From the NCBI GenBank assembly GCA_036478295.1, contig JAZGDW010000151.1, positions 1-41,495 on the forward strand: a stretch of 41,495 nt of DNA. The letters are read 5' to 3'. Below are positions 17,434 to 27,441 of the stretch, piece after piece. Every line of letters starts with the position of its first letter. The first letter of the stretch is position 1. Origin of the DNA: Candidatus Krumholzibacteriia bacterium (GTDB lineage: Bacteria; Krumholzibacteriota; Krumholzibacteriia; WVZY01). The position numbers and the translations under genes are program-made. Under the pieces are notes generated by a model. That model made no database searches. It saw only the letters and a program-made list of their open reading frames with translations, and was not told where the DNA came from.

Positions 17434-18349
17434 TGATGATCACCTCCGGTTTGAGACGTACGCCGAACTTCGCCATGACTCTCTCGATGATGAAGTCGAT
17501 GAGGTCCTCGAAATCGTTTGCGCCAGTGTCCTCTCCCACGTTGATCATGAAATTGGCGTGCTTTTCCGAAACCATCGCCCCCCCACGCCGTTCACCCTTC
17601 AGGCCGCACTGCTCGATCATCTGCGCGGCGAACCCGTCGGGCGGGTTCTTGAATGTGCTGCCGAAGCTTTTTTCCGAGAGCGGCTGGGTTACCTTGCGGT
17701 TCAGCGTGCGCTCGAGCTGGGTTTCGTCCATCTCACCGGGGGGACAGTTGAACGTGGCCGACAGGACAATCGCCCTCGGGGGCAGCGTGCTTCCCCGGTA
17801 GCGGAAAGCCAGGTCCTCCGGCTCCATGACCCGCATGCGACCCTCTTCGTCGACGACCTTCACGTTTTTTATGACCCGCGCCAGCTCCGAGCCGAAGGCT
17901 CCCGCGTTCATGCGGACGGCACCGCCCACAGACCCGGGGATGCCGATGGCAAACTCGAAACCCGGGCGTGAATTCCGGGTCACGATGCGGCCCAGCCGGG
18001 TGAACGAGGCACCGGCCTCGGCAAAGGCCGTGCGCTTGTACATGCGGACCCTCCCCATGCTGCCGGTAATCTTGATGATCAACCCGTCGTAGCCCCCGTC
18101 ACGGACCAGCAGGTTCGAACCGCGCCCGACGCCCATGTATTCGATTCCATTCTTTATCGCCGAGCGCACCAACCCCACGACCTCCCGAGCGCTGCCCGGG
18201 ATCGCGAAATAGCGGGCGTTGCCGCCGGCGCAGATGAAGGTGTGGTGCTTCATGGGTTCGTCCCTGCGAAAGCCGCCTGGACATTGCCCACGAAGTTCAT
18301 CAGCGATTCTGTCGTCTTTGTTTACTACCATCCGTTGAACCGTCTGCAT
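17420..18349 (-). CDS. murB: UDP-N-acetylenolpyruvoylglucosamine reductase
   Basis: GRGSNLLVRD, GIPGSVGGAVRMNAGA, GSTFKNP, HANF. Confidence 0.96.
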   Translation of the reverse strand: MQTVQRMVVNKDDRIADELRGQCPGGFRRDEPMKHHTFICAGGNARYFAIPGSAREVVGLVRSAIKNGIEYMGVGRGSNLLVRDGGYDGLIIKITGSMGRVRMYKRTAFAEAGASFTRLGRIVTRNSRPGFEFAIGIPGSVGGAVRMNAGAFGSELARVIKNVKVVDEEGRMRVMEPEDLAFRYRGSTLPPRAIVLSATFNCPPGEMDETQLERTLNRKVTQPLSEKSFGSTFKNPPDGFAAQMIEQCGLKGERRGGAMVSEKHANFMINVGEDTGANDFEDLIDFIIERVMAKFGVRLKPEVIIIGNR

Positions 18350-18355
18350 GATGCC

Positions 18356-19738
18356 CTAGCCGCCTTCTTCCAGGCGCTGAAGCAGCATTTCCCCTACTTT
18401 GTAAATATCGCCCGCTCCGAGCGTCAGTACCAGGTCCCCGTCCTTGACGCGTTCCATGGCCAGCTCGACCATGTGGTGGAAAGACGCCGCGTGGTACACC
18501 TCGATCCCCCCAGCCCGCCGTACTCCCTCTATGATCAAGTCCGAGGAGACCCCCGGGATCGGCGCCTCGCCCGCCGCGTAAATGTCTGTAATGAAAACCG
18601 TATGCGCTCCGGCAAAGCAATTGCCGAACTGCTCGGCAAGCGCCTGGGTTCGCGTGTAGCGGTGCGGCTGAAAGAAAACCATCAGCCTTTTATTGTAGCT
18701 CTGGCGGGCGGCGAGAATGGTGGCGGCTATTTCCGTGGGGTGATGCCCGTAGTCGTCAACCACGGTGACGCCCCCCGCGTCACCCTTGATTTCGAAACGC
18801 CTGCCGACACCCTCAAAATCCTCGATACCGCGTTTGATCGCTTCGAACGGAATATCGAGCTCCAGGCCGATGGCGACTGCAGCCAAGGCGTTGCGCACGT
18901 AGTGGTCTCCGGGCAGGCCCGCCCGGATCTCGCCGAGGGTTTCGTCCTGGTGTTTTACGTCGAACACGCACCCGTACTCGCCCCGCTTGCGGACGCTTCC
19001 CTGCAGGTCGCCCGCCCCTCCAAGCGAGTAGGTGACCTTGCGTTTGCGGATACGGGGCATTATGGAGACCACGTTGGGGTCGTCTGCGCACAGAATCACG
19101 GAGCCGTAAAACGGCACACGGCCGGCATATTCTACGAAAGCGTCTTTGATCGCTTCGAGATCGGGATAGAAATCGAGGTGCTCCAAATCGATGTTGGTTA
19201 TCACGGCGATGCTCGACGGGAGCTGAACGAACTTGCCGTCGCTTTCGTCGGCCTCCGCGATGATATAGCGGCTCCCGCCCAGCCGCGCGTTGCTACCGAT
19301 GGCTTTGAGCTTGCCGCCGACCACGACCGTTGGATCCAGTCCTCCGCAGGCGAGCACGGAAGAAACGAGAGACGTGGTTGTGGTCTTGCCGTGTGACCCG
19401 GCGACCGTCACGGCGAATTTCAGTCGCATCAATTCGGCGAGCATCTCCGTACGAGGGATCGTGGGAACAACGTTCTTCTTTGCCTCAACCAACTCGGGGT
19501 TGGTGGCGTTTACGGCACTCGAGTACACGACCACGTCGGCCCCGGCGACGTTCTCCGCCTTGTGCGAGATGTGGACCGTCGCGCCGAGTTTCTGCAGGTT
19601 GTCCGTGGTATCGGATCGCCGAAGATCCGACCCGGACACTTCGAATCCCAAGTTGAGAAGAACCTCCGCGATACCGCTCATACCGATACCACCGATCCCG
19701 ACGAAATGGATCCTTCTCGTTCTCCCCAGATAGACCAT
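18356..19738 (-). CDS. murC: UDP-N-acetylmuramate--L-alanine ligase
   Basis: HFVGIGGIGMSG, GSHGKTTT, EADESD, DDYGHHPTE, FQPHRY. Confidence 0.98.
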   Translation of the reverse strand: MVYLGRTRRIHFVGIGGIGMSGIAEVLLNLGFEVSGSDLRRSDTTDNLQKLGATVHISHKAENVAGADVVVYSSAVNATNPELVEAKKNVVPTIPRTEMLAELMRLKFAVTVAGSHGKTTTTSLVSSVLACGGLDPTVVVGGKLKAIGSNARLGGSRYIIAEADESDGKFVQLPSSIAVITNIDLEHLDFYPDLEAIKDAFVEYAGRVPFYGSVILCADDPNVVSIMPRIRKRKVTYSLGGAGDLQGSVRKRGEYGCVFDVKHQDETLGEIRAGLPGDHYVRNALAAVAIGLELDIPFEAIKRGIEDFEGVGRRFEIKGDAGGVTVVDDYGHHPTEIAATILAARQSYNKRLMVFFQPHRYTRTQALAEQFGNCFAGAHTVFITDIYAAGEAPIPGVSSDLIIEGVRRAGGIEVYHAASFHHMVELAMERVKDGDLVLTLGAGDIYKVGEMLLQRLEEGG

Positions 19739-19753
19739 GACAGACTCTCCGCC

Positions 19754-20896
19754 CTATATCGGCAGCGTGCCTCGCAGCTCTACGCGCCGGTCCTCTTGTT
19801 TCGAAGCGATCACATCCCGGATGTGCCGGGCGGCCGCATCATCGGCATCGACCTTGGACCATTCGCGCAGCCGGCTTGACATCCGCGCCCTCCCGTCCCC
19901 GTCGTCGAGGAGCGACAGGATGATGGCCTCAAGTTTTTCTCCATCCACATTCTTGTTGTCGAGCAGCACCGCCGCGCCTTGCCGCTCCAGCGCGGCGACG
20001 TTGCGCCGCTGGTGATCGTCCGCCGCGTACGGATAGGGAATGAATACGGAAGGCACGCCAAACGCGGCCAACTCGAAGACCGCCGACGCGCCGGCCCGCG
20101 ACACGGCAATACTCGCCAGGGCGTACGCATGCTGGATCTCATTCAAGAACGGGTACACACGCACGTACGGTCCACAATCGGCAAGGGCACTGGAAACCGT
20201 CTGGAAATCGCCCTCGCCGGTAAGAAGCACGAACTGCACTTCTCGCCCCTCGAGAATCCTCCGCACGGCAGAGCAGGCAGCGGTATTGATCGCGTGAGCT
20301 CCACGGCTGCCACCGAAGACAAGGACCGTGGGCAGATCCGCTCGTAGATCGAAGAAGCGCCGCGCCGCCTCCCGATCGACGCCGGGCTTTACCCGGAGCG
20401 GGTTTCCCACTACCGCACACCGCACCTTGCTACCGATGAACGCGCGGGACTCCTCGTACGACAGCAGCATGAGATGGGCGAATCTCGACAACACGCGGTT
20501 GGCCATTCCCGGCACGCTGTTTTGTTCTTGCAGCACGCGGCGCCTGCGGCACAGGACGGCGGCAACCACCGTCGCCACACTCGCATACCCCCCGGTGCCG
20601 ATGACGACGTCGGGGTTGAACGACGAGATCGCCCGGATACCGGCGACCACCCCTGCCACCAGCAGGAACGGGCTTGTGATTTTCGAGAGGAACGACGTGC
20701 CGCGTACTCCACGGCCGGACAGCAGGATGTTGGGCAGGCCAAGGTCGTCGAAGATGCGGGATTCCACACCAGCCTTGGAGCCGACAAACAACACTTCTAC
20801 ATCACCGCTGGCCCTGCGCAATGCGTTGTATATCGCAATGCCGGGATATACATGACCCCCGGTACCTCCGCCTGCGATCATTACACGCAAGGTCAA
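19754..20896 (-). CDS. murG: Lipid II GlcNAc transferase
   Basis: GGGTGGH, GTGGY, EQN, GNP, GGSRGA, RAGAS. Confidence 0.97.
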   Translation of the reverse strand: MTLRVMIAGGGTGGHVYPGIAIYNALRRASGDVEVLFVGSKAGVESRIFDDLGLPNILLSGRGVRGTSFLSKITSPFLLVAGVVAGIRAISSFNPDVVIGTGGYASVATVVAAVLCRRRRVLQEQNSVPGMANRVLSRFAHLMLLSYEESRAFIGSKVRCAVVGNPLRVKPGVDREAARRFFDLRADLPTVLVFGGSRGAHAINTAACSAVRRILEGREVQFVLLTGEGDFQTVSSALADCGPYVRVYPFLNEIQHAYALASIAVSRAGASAVFELAAFGVPSVFIPYPYAADDHQRRNVAALERQGAAVLLDNKNVDGEKLEAIILSLLDDGDGRARMSSRLREWSKVDADDAAARHIRDVIASKQEDRRVELRGTLPI

Positions 20897-20912
20897 TTCC
20901 CCCTCTTACCGG

Positions 20913-22049
20913 CTACGCCGGTGAGTGGCCGTTCCGCGCCGGGCGCTGACCCGGCCTCTTCTTCGACACGTTCAACAAGATGCCGACGGAGAACGCGTTG
21001 ACCACCAGAGCCGACCCCCCGTAACTCAAAAAGGGCAGTGGAAGACCAGTTACCGGGAAAAGCCCCGTGGCAACCAGCATATTCATCAACGCGTACACAA
21101 AAATGGAACATCCGATGCCGACAGCCAGCATATGGCCGAACCGGTCCCCGCTATTGAATGATATCTTGAGCGCGCGAAGCGCGAGCAACAGAAACGCGAG
21201 ACTTACCGCCAGCGTCCCGAGGAGCCCCATCTCCTCCCCCAATATCGAGAAAATGAAATCGGTATGCGCGTCGGGCAGCCAACCTAGTTTCTGGCGGCTT
21301 CCCCCGATGCCAACTCCAACGATCCCTCCGCTGCCAAGAGCGATGAGGGACTGTCGGATCTGCCAATTGATGTCGCTGAGCCCTTCGTTCTGATTCAAGA
21401 ATGCCAGGAATCGGTCGCGGACGTATCCGACACCCATCAGCCGAACGGCCGCCGCGCTGCCCATTGCAAGGGCGAGCAGCAGCAGGTGTCGTATGCGAGC
21501 CCCGCCCAGGTAGAGCATGAGGAACGCTATCGCGGCCGTGGCGAACGCCGACCCGTAGTTCGGTTGGGCCGCTATCAAGCCCAGCACCACGACCACGGCC
21601 AGGGCCACGGGCAGAAACCCTCTCTTGAAATCCTCCAGTGCGGTGCCCTTGCGGGCGACCCAATAAGCGACAAACATTACGAGCGCCAAACGGGCGACCT
21701 CCACCGGCTGAAACGTCACCTGCAGAATCGTCAACCAGCGCTCAGTATCCCGCACCTTATGTCCGAAGATGAGGAGCGCGACCAGCATGGCCACCCCCAC
21801 TCCAAATGCGAAGGGTGCCGGCTTGCGGAGAATCCGATAGTCGATATGACAAGCCAGCAACAAGAAGAACGCTGCGATCACTATGCGGACCAGGTGGCGT
21901 TTCAGGAGAAAATAAACGTCGTCAAACCGCAGTCCCGAAAAATGAGAACCGGCCGAACCGACCAGGCTCGCGCCAATCACCATCAAGAAGACGACAATCA
22001 GAAGAATTCGCTTGTCACACTTGAGCTGCGGTACCGTAATCATCGCCAT
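20913..22049 (-). CDS. ftsW: SEDS peptidoglycan polymerase FtsW
   Basis: RW..FQPVE, LPDAHTDFIF, GLPLPFLSYGGS. Confidence 0.96.
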   Translation of the reverse strand: MAMITVPQLKCDKRILLIVVFLMVIGASLVGSAGSHFSGLRFDDVYFLLKRHLVRIVIAAFFLLLACHIDYRILRKPAPFAFGVGVAMLVALLIFGHKVRDTERWLTILQVTFQPVEVARLALVMFVAYWVARKGTALEDFKRGFLPVALAVVVVLGLIAAQPNYGSAFATAAIAFLMLYLGGARIRHLLLLALAMGSAAAVRLMGVGYVRDRFLAFLNQNEGLSDINWQIRQSLIALGSGGIVGVGIGGSRQKLGWLPDAHTDFIFSILGEEMGLLGTLAVSLAFLLLALRALKISFNSGDRFGHMLAVGIGCSIFVYALMNMLVATGLFPVTGLPLPFLSYGGSALVVNAFSVGILLNVSKKRPGQRPARNGHSPA

Positions 22050-22058
22050 GGCGTACCC

Positions 22059-23417
22059 CTACAGCCTGTTGACCGCGTCGCGGAAGGCGTTGCCGCGGTC
22101 CTCATAGTTCTTGAACATGTCAAAGCTGGCGCACGCCGGTGCCAGCAACACCGTGTCGCCGGCGGTCGCTTTCTTGCTCGCCTTTCCCACTGCCTCTTCC
22201 ATGGTGTTGGCCTGGCCCACCTCGCAGTGCCCACCTATGACCGACTGGATCTTTTCTGCGGCATCCCCGATGAGAACCACCTGTTTGACGCGTGAAAGTT
22301 GATCCAACATCGGCCTGAAATCGCTGCTCTTGTCCAGCCCGCCCATGATCAAGACCACGGAACCTTCGATGCTGCGCACGCTCTTTATCGCCGCATCGAC
22401 GTTCGTCGCTTTAGAATCGTTGATATAGGCGACACCCCCCACGACGCGCGTCAGTTCCATACGATGGGGCAGCGGACGGTAGGCCTTGAGGGATTCGTTG
22501 ATGTGACGGGTCTCCACCTCGTAGGGCGTGACCGCGGCCACGGCGGCCATGGCGTTCTCGAGGTTGTGGATGCCCACCGGTGAGAACTCCTTGATAGGGA
22601 TGATATTCTCCACCTGTCCCTCCCAGCTGCGCACGATCGCACCCTGCCGCGCGAAGACACCCTCGTCGAGCACGGTGTTCGAGCTGAACGCCATCTTTCG
22701 ACCGTGAAAGTCACCGGCGATCTTCTCGCAAACATGGTCCTCGTAATTGTAGACAAAGAAGGTTTCGTCATCGGAGCGGTTGAGTATGCGCGACTTCGAC
22801 GCGGCGTATTCATCCAGCGAATCGTTGTAGCGGTCGAGGTGGTCCTCAGTCACGTTCAACAGCACGGCAACGTCGGCCCGAAAGTCGGTAATGGTATCGA
22901 GCTGGAAGCTGCTTATCTCCAGAACAACGGTATCGAACACCTCGCCACCTACCACCACATCCGACAGCGGCAGCCCGATGTTTCCCGCGACGGTGCAGCT
23001 CCGGCCCGCTGTTTTCAGTATGTTTCCAAGCATACTGACCACCGTCGACTTGCCGTTCGTGCCGGTGACTCCGAGGATTCCCATTGAACAGAAAGAATAT
23101 GCCACTTCCAGCTCGCCGGTAATCCCGACACCGTTGTCCCGCGCCAGCATCACAAGCGGATGCTGCAGGGGCACACCCGGGCTGACCACCAGCGTGTCAC
23201 ATTGCAGCAGCTTTTGGCGGGCATCCCCGGCACTGGCGATATCGATCCTCTCGACGCCTGCCCCGAAATCCTTTCCCCGCCGCAAGCCCCCGACTACACC
23301 GTCGTCCTCATCGTAGACCACAACGTTCGAACCCTTGCGCGCGAGCAACCGTGCCACGGCCAGCCCGCTCTTGCCGAGCCCGAGCACAAAAAAAGTCTTC
23401 TCGTCTTTTACCGGCAT
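22059..23417 (-). CDS. murD: UDP-MurNAc-L-Ala--D-Glu ligase
   Basis: SPGVP, GTNGKST, EISSFQL, NDSKATN, PACASFD. Confidence 0.98.
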   Translation of the reverse strand: MPVKDEKTFFVLGLGKSGLAVARLLARKGSNVVVYDEDDGVVGGLRRGKDFGAGVERIDIASAGDARQKLLQCDTLVVSPGVPLQHPLVMLARDNGVGITGELEVAYSFCSMGILGVTGTNGKSTVVSMLGNILKTAGRSCTVAGNIGLPLSDVVVGGEVFDTVVLEISSFQLDTITDFRADVAVLLNVTEDHLDRYNDSLDEYAASKSRILNRSDDETFFVYNYEDHVCEKIAGDFHGRKMAFSSNTVLDEGVFARQGAIVRSWEGQVENIIPIKEFSPVGIHNLENAMAAVAAVTPYEVETRHINESLKAYRPLPHRMELTRVVGGVAYINDSKATNVDAAIKSVRSIEGSVVLIMGGLDKSSDFRPMLDQLSRVKQVVLIGDAAEKIQSVIGGHCEVGQANTMEEAVGKASKKATAGDTVLLAPACASFDMFKNYEDRGNAFRDAVNRL

Positions 23418-23429
23418 TTTTCCGCGCGA

Positions 23430-24515
23430 CTACTGGAGTTTGAGTGTGCTGAGACTCAACAGCGTCAGCAGGCTAGCGATTATCCAGAACCGCGCCACGA
23501 TCTTGGACTCGGACCACCCGCTCAATTCAAAATGGTGATGCAGCGGAGCCATCCGGAAGATCCGCTTTTTCCTGATTTTGAAAGAAGCGACCTGCAGAAT
23601 GACGCTGACGGCCTCGGCCACGAAAACACCGCCAATTATCAGCAGCAGCAGTTCTCTCTTCAGAAGAACCGCGACGACGCCCAGCGCCCCACCCAGAGCG
23701 AGCGAACCGGTGTCACCCATGAACACCTGCGCCGGGTGGCTGTTGTACCAGAGAAATCCCAGCGACGCCCCTACGACCGCCATACAGTAGATGCTCAGCT
23801 CACCCGCTCCCTGCAGGTAAAGGATGTTCAAGTAGTCCGAGAACACCCTGTTGCCGCTCAGGTAGGCCAGTCCGGCGAATGCCAAAAAGCAAAACGCCCC
23901 GAGACCGATGGCGAGTCCGTCTACACCGTCGGTCAGGTTGACGCTGTTGCTGGTGGCGGTCAGCACAAGCATGACCAGAATAACGTAGAAAGGCCCCAGG
24001 TTAATGAAGAGCCCCTTCATGAAGGGAATGCTCGTGAGGGTGCCGGCGTCCTTTACCATCGGGTTGAAATAAAGAAACAGACCCAACGCGAGCCCGAAGA
24101 CGATCTGGCCGGCGAGTTTGTAGCGCCCTATCAGACCCTTTGGTCTGCGTTTGATAACTCCCAAATAATCGTCGATAAAACCGATGGCCCCCATCCACAG
24201 CGTCGTAATGAAAGCAATCTGTACGTAAGGATTCTTGAGATTGCACCACAGAAGCGTGGGAATGAAAATCGAAGCGAGAATCAGCAGCCCGCCCATGGTC
24301 GGCGTTCCCTTCTTGACCTCATGCGAGCTGGGACTGTCCTCGCTGATTTGCTCGCACACGTTGCGCTTCTGCAAGAAACGGATGAAGCGAGGCCCGATCA
24401 CAAAGCTTATGAGCAACGCCGTTACCATGGCGTACGCCGCTCTGAACGTGATATAGCGAAAGACGTTCAGGGCAGAGAAATACTCGTGCAGCGGGTATAG
24501 CAAGTGATACAACAT
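23430..24515 (-). CDS. mraY: Phospho-MurNAc-pentapeptide transferase
   Basis: KKGTPTMGG, GFIDDY, NLTDGVDGL, FMGDTGS, APLHHHFE. Confidence 0.98.
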   Translation of the reverse strand: MLYHLLYPLHEYFSALNVFRYITFRAAYAMVTALLISFVIGPRFIRFLQKRNVCEQISEDSPSSHEVKKGTPTMGGLLILASIFIPTLLWCNLKNPYVQIAFITTLWMGAIGFIDDYLGVIKRRPKGLIGRYKLAGQIVFGLALGLFLYFNPMVKDAGTLTSIPFMKGLFINLGPFYVILVMLVLTATSNSVNLTDGVDGLAIGLGAFCFLAFAGLAYLSGNRVFSDYLNILYLQGAGELSIYCMAVVGASLGFLWYNSHPAQVFMGDTGSLALGGALGVVAVLLKRELLLLIIGGVFVAEAVSVILQVASFKIRKKRIFRMAPLHHHFELSGWSESKIVARFWIIASLLTLLSLSTLKLQ

Positions 24516-25915
24516 TAGGCATCCGCCTCTTTCAGGGATGTCCGCCGTAGTTCACGGACGAAGCGGTCGAGCTCGGCAGCGCGAGATCCCTTGACCAGGA
24601 TTACGTCGCCCTCCTGCAACTTTGCCGTGACGGCCTGCACCAGGCCGGCCGGGGCATCGAAACCGTAAAACTCGATCTTCGTGCCCTTCACGCCCTCTTT
24701 TACGTGGGTCGCCTGCTCGCCCAGCCAGAAAACGACGTCGATACCGGATTGCGCGATAAAGGCCCCCAGCTCGCGGTGCGCCTCGGCGGAAAACGACCCC
24801 AGTTCGCCCATGTCGCCCAACACCAACACCCGGCGCCCGGCAGCGCGGGCGACCAGCGCTGAGATCGCGGCCCTCATGCTGGTCGGGTTGGCGTTGTAAG
24901 AGTCATCTACAAGTGTCAACCCGCGTGCCTGGTAGACTCTCGCACGGCCAGCCATCGGTTCGAATTCACCGAGGGCCTCGCGGACGCGGTCGCTTTCGAC
25001 ACCGCAAATGTCACCGACTGCAAAGGCCGCACATGCATTGAGAACGTTGTACGACGCAAAGCTGGTAATCTTCACCGCTTCCCCATTGACCTGGAACCGG
25101 ATGTGATCATCCGCTCCTTGGACCGCGGACAGGCGAAAGGTGCTGCCGTCTGCATAGCCGAACGTGACCACGCGACACTGGGCGCGGCCACTGAGCAGCT
25201 CGATGTAATCATCGTCCTGCGGGAGCACGGCGTAACCTTGCGGATCGATCCCCGCAAAGAGTTCGGCCTTGGCCTCGGCGATGCGGTCGCGGCTGCCGAA
25301 CAGCCCGATGTGCGCGTCTCCAATGTTGGAGACGACCCCGATATCGGGCCTGAGCATACGGCTGAGAAAATCGACCTCGCCCACGTGATTGGCGCCTATT
25401 TCGGACACCAGGTACTCCTTGTCATGATCCGTGTCCAGCAAGGTCAGCGGCACCCCGATGTGGTTATTGAAGTTGCCTGGGTTCGAGTGCACGCGATACT
25501 TCTTCTTGAGAATGATGCGGATGTACTCTTTGATCGTTGTCTTGCCGGCGCTGCCCGTTATGGCAACGACGCGGATTTTCAACGTGTCGCGGTACGCGCG
25601 GGACAGTTCCTGCAGCGCCCGCAGGGTGCTTCGGACCAGAAGCAAAGGTCGGCCGGAATCCTCGATAGCGACCGTTGCGTCCTTGTCGTCGGCAACCACC
25701 GCCGCACAGCCCCGATCCAGCGCCTCGCTTGCGAATCGATGGCCGTCGGTCCGTTCGCCCTTCATGGCGAAGAACAGCCGTTGACGGCAGTCGGTCCGCG
25801 TGTCGATCGTGGCTCCGAACCACGTCCTCTCCTCGCACCCGTGGAGGTTGCTGCGCACCAGCTCTCCTTCGTTCTCCAGCGCTTTTCGGGCCCATTCCAG
25901 CGAGTTTACGTTCAT
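24515..25915 (-). CDS. murF: UDP-MurNAc-tripeptide--D-Ala-D-Ala ligase
   Basis: TGSAGKTT, NNHIGVP, DSYNANP, GDMGELG, KGSR. Confidence 0.97.
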   Translation of the reverse strand: MNVNSLEWARKALENEGELVRSNLHGCEERTWFGATIDTRTDCRQRLFFAMKGERTDGHRFASEALDRGCAAVVADDKDATVAIEDSGRPLLLVRSTLRALQELSRAYRDTLKIRVVAITGSAGKTTIKEYIRIILKKKYRVHSNPGNFNNHIGVPLTLLDTDHDKEYLVSEIGANHVGEVDFLSRMLRPDIGVVSNIGDAHIGLFGSRDRIAEAKAELFAGIDPQGYAVLPQDDDYIELLSGRAQCRVVTFGYADGSTFRLSAVQGADDHIRFQVNGEAVKITSFASYNVLNACAAFAVGDICGVESDRVREALGEFEPMAGRARVYQARGLTLVDDSYNANPTSMRAAISALVARAAGRRVLVLGDMGELGSFSAEAHRELGAFIAQSGIDVVFWLGEQATHVKEGVKGTKIEFYGFDAPAGLVQAVTAKLQEGDVILVKGSRAAELDRFVRELRRTSLKEADA

Positions 25916-27441
25916 GAGTCGCTCCAGACGCGCAGCGCCGCGGATGCCTCTTCTCGATCGTCGAAATGATGACGAACGGCACCGATGATCTGGTAGTCCT
26001 CATGACCTTTTCCGCATATGGCAACGAGGTCGGCGGAACGCGCCTGCGCGATGGCATCGTGGATTGCCTTGCGCCTGTCGACTTGCACGATGAGCCCTTT
26101 TCTCCCACGGTCCATGCCGCCGAGAATGTCCACTATGATATCGTTTGGATCCTCGGTTCGAGGATTGTCGCTCGTGACGTAGGCGACATCGCATTTCTCC
26201 TGGGCGATCGCTCCCATCAACGGTCTCTTGCCCCGGTCCCTGTCACCGCCACAGCCGAACACGCCTATCAGCCGGTCCGGCTTGAGCCCACGGCAGAACT
26301 CGAGCGTGCGCTCCAGGCTGTCCGGTGTGTGGGAATAATCGACGACAACAACCGGGCGGCCCGCGCCGCCCAGCGCTTCGAACCGGCCCGGCACGCTGTC
26401 GAGGGCCGCCAGCCCGCCCTTGATGCTATCCGCGTCGATCCCCAACACGTGTGCGGCGGCTGCGGCCAGCGTGGCGTTCGCCGCGGTAAACAGTCCAAGC
26501 AGCTTCATCGATACGGATACAACCGCATCTCCGATATGCAGGTCGAAGCGGGTGCCGCGCAGCGTGGCCTCGACGTTGTCCGCATAAGCGTCGGCTTGCC
26601 CGACGATGCTCGTCGAGATTTTATTGCCTGGAAAGACCGACCCGATTTCTCGGGAAAAGTCATTGTCCTTCGAATAAACCAGCGTGCCGCCCTTCTTACC
26701 CCGCCTCCCAGACGTTAACGAGAAACAGAACTCGCGCTTTGCGTCGACGTAGTCCTCGAATGACGAATGGTAATCGAGGTGGTCACGGGTCACATTGGTT
26801 AGCATCCCAATCTCAAAATCGAGTCCCCATATGCGCTGCTGCCTCACCGCGTGAGAACTGACTTCCATGACCACCCCGTTACAATCCTGTTCGACCATTT
26901 CACCCAACAGCCTGTGCAGCGTTACCGGTTCGGGCGTTGTGTGGGTCCCCGCTTCGAGCCTCGCACCGGTACCATGCCCCACCGTTCCCATGATTCCCAT
27001 GTTGCGCAACGGGCCCGTGCGTGCACAGATCGCACGAAACATGTGCGCGGTCGATGTCTTTCCGTTGGTACCGGTGATGCCGTATATCCTCAGCTTTGAG
27101 GCCGGATCGCCAAAAAATCTCGCCGCCAGTTCGGCCAGGGCCCGGGTTGAGTCCCGGACCACGACGTTCGCGGGACCTTTGACACTGACCGGTTCTTCGG
27201 TCACCACTGCCACCGCTCCGTTTCTTGCCGCCTCCTGGACGAAATCGTGTCCGTCGGCTTCACCTCCGCGCACTGCCACGAATACATCGCCTTTCCCGAC
27301 AGTGCGGGAGTCGCTGGTGATACCGTGAACCTCCACCGCTCTCAACTCCTGCACGGGCTGACCCTCCAGCGCCTCGATCAGATCCGGGAGCTGAATCGGT
27401 TCAGCTGGTGTGCTGCGGGAAGTGCTCATGGTGTTACCCAT
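25912..27441 (-). CDS. murE: UDP-MurNAc-dipeptide--meso-DAP ligase
   Basis: GTNGKTS, MEVSSH, DYSHTPD, DNPR (DAP specificity), GKGHE; start ATG 27441 or 27429. Confidence 0.97.
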   Translation of the reverse strand: MGNTMSTSRSTPAEPIQLPDLIEALEGQPVQELRAVEVHGITSDSRTVGKGDVFVAVRGGEADGHDFVQEAARNGAVAVVTEEPVSVKGPANVVVRDSTRALAELAARFFGDPASKLRIYGITGTNGKTSTAHMFRAICARTGPLRNMGIMGTVGHGTGARLEAGTHTTPEPVTLHRLLGEMVEQDCNGVVMEVSSHAVRQQRIWGLDFEIGMLTNVTRDHLDYHSSFEDYVDAKREFCFSLTSGRRGKKGGTLVYSKDNDFSREIGSVFPGNKISTSIVGQADAYADNVEATLRGTRFDLHIGDAVVSVSMKLLGLFTAANATLAAAAAHVLGIDADSIKGGLAALDSVPGRFEALGGAGRPVVVVDYSHTPDSLERTLEFCRGLKPDRLIGVFGCGGDRDRGKRPLMGAIAQEKCDVAYVTSDNPRTEDPNDIIVDILGGMDRGRKGLIVQVDRRKAIHDAIAQARSADLVAICGKGHEDYQIIGAVRHHFDDREEASAALRVWSDS

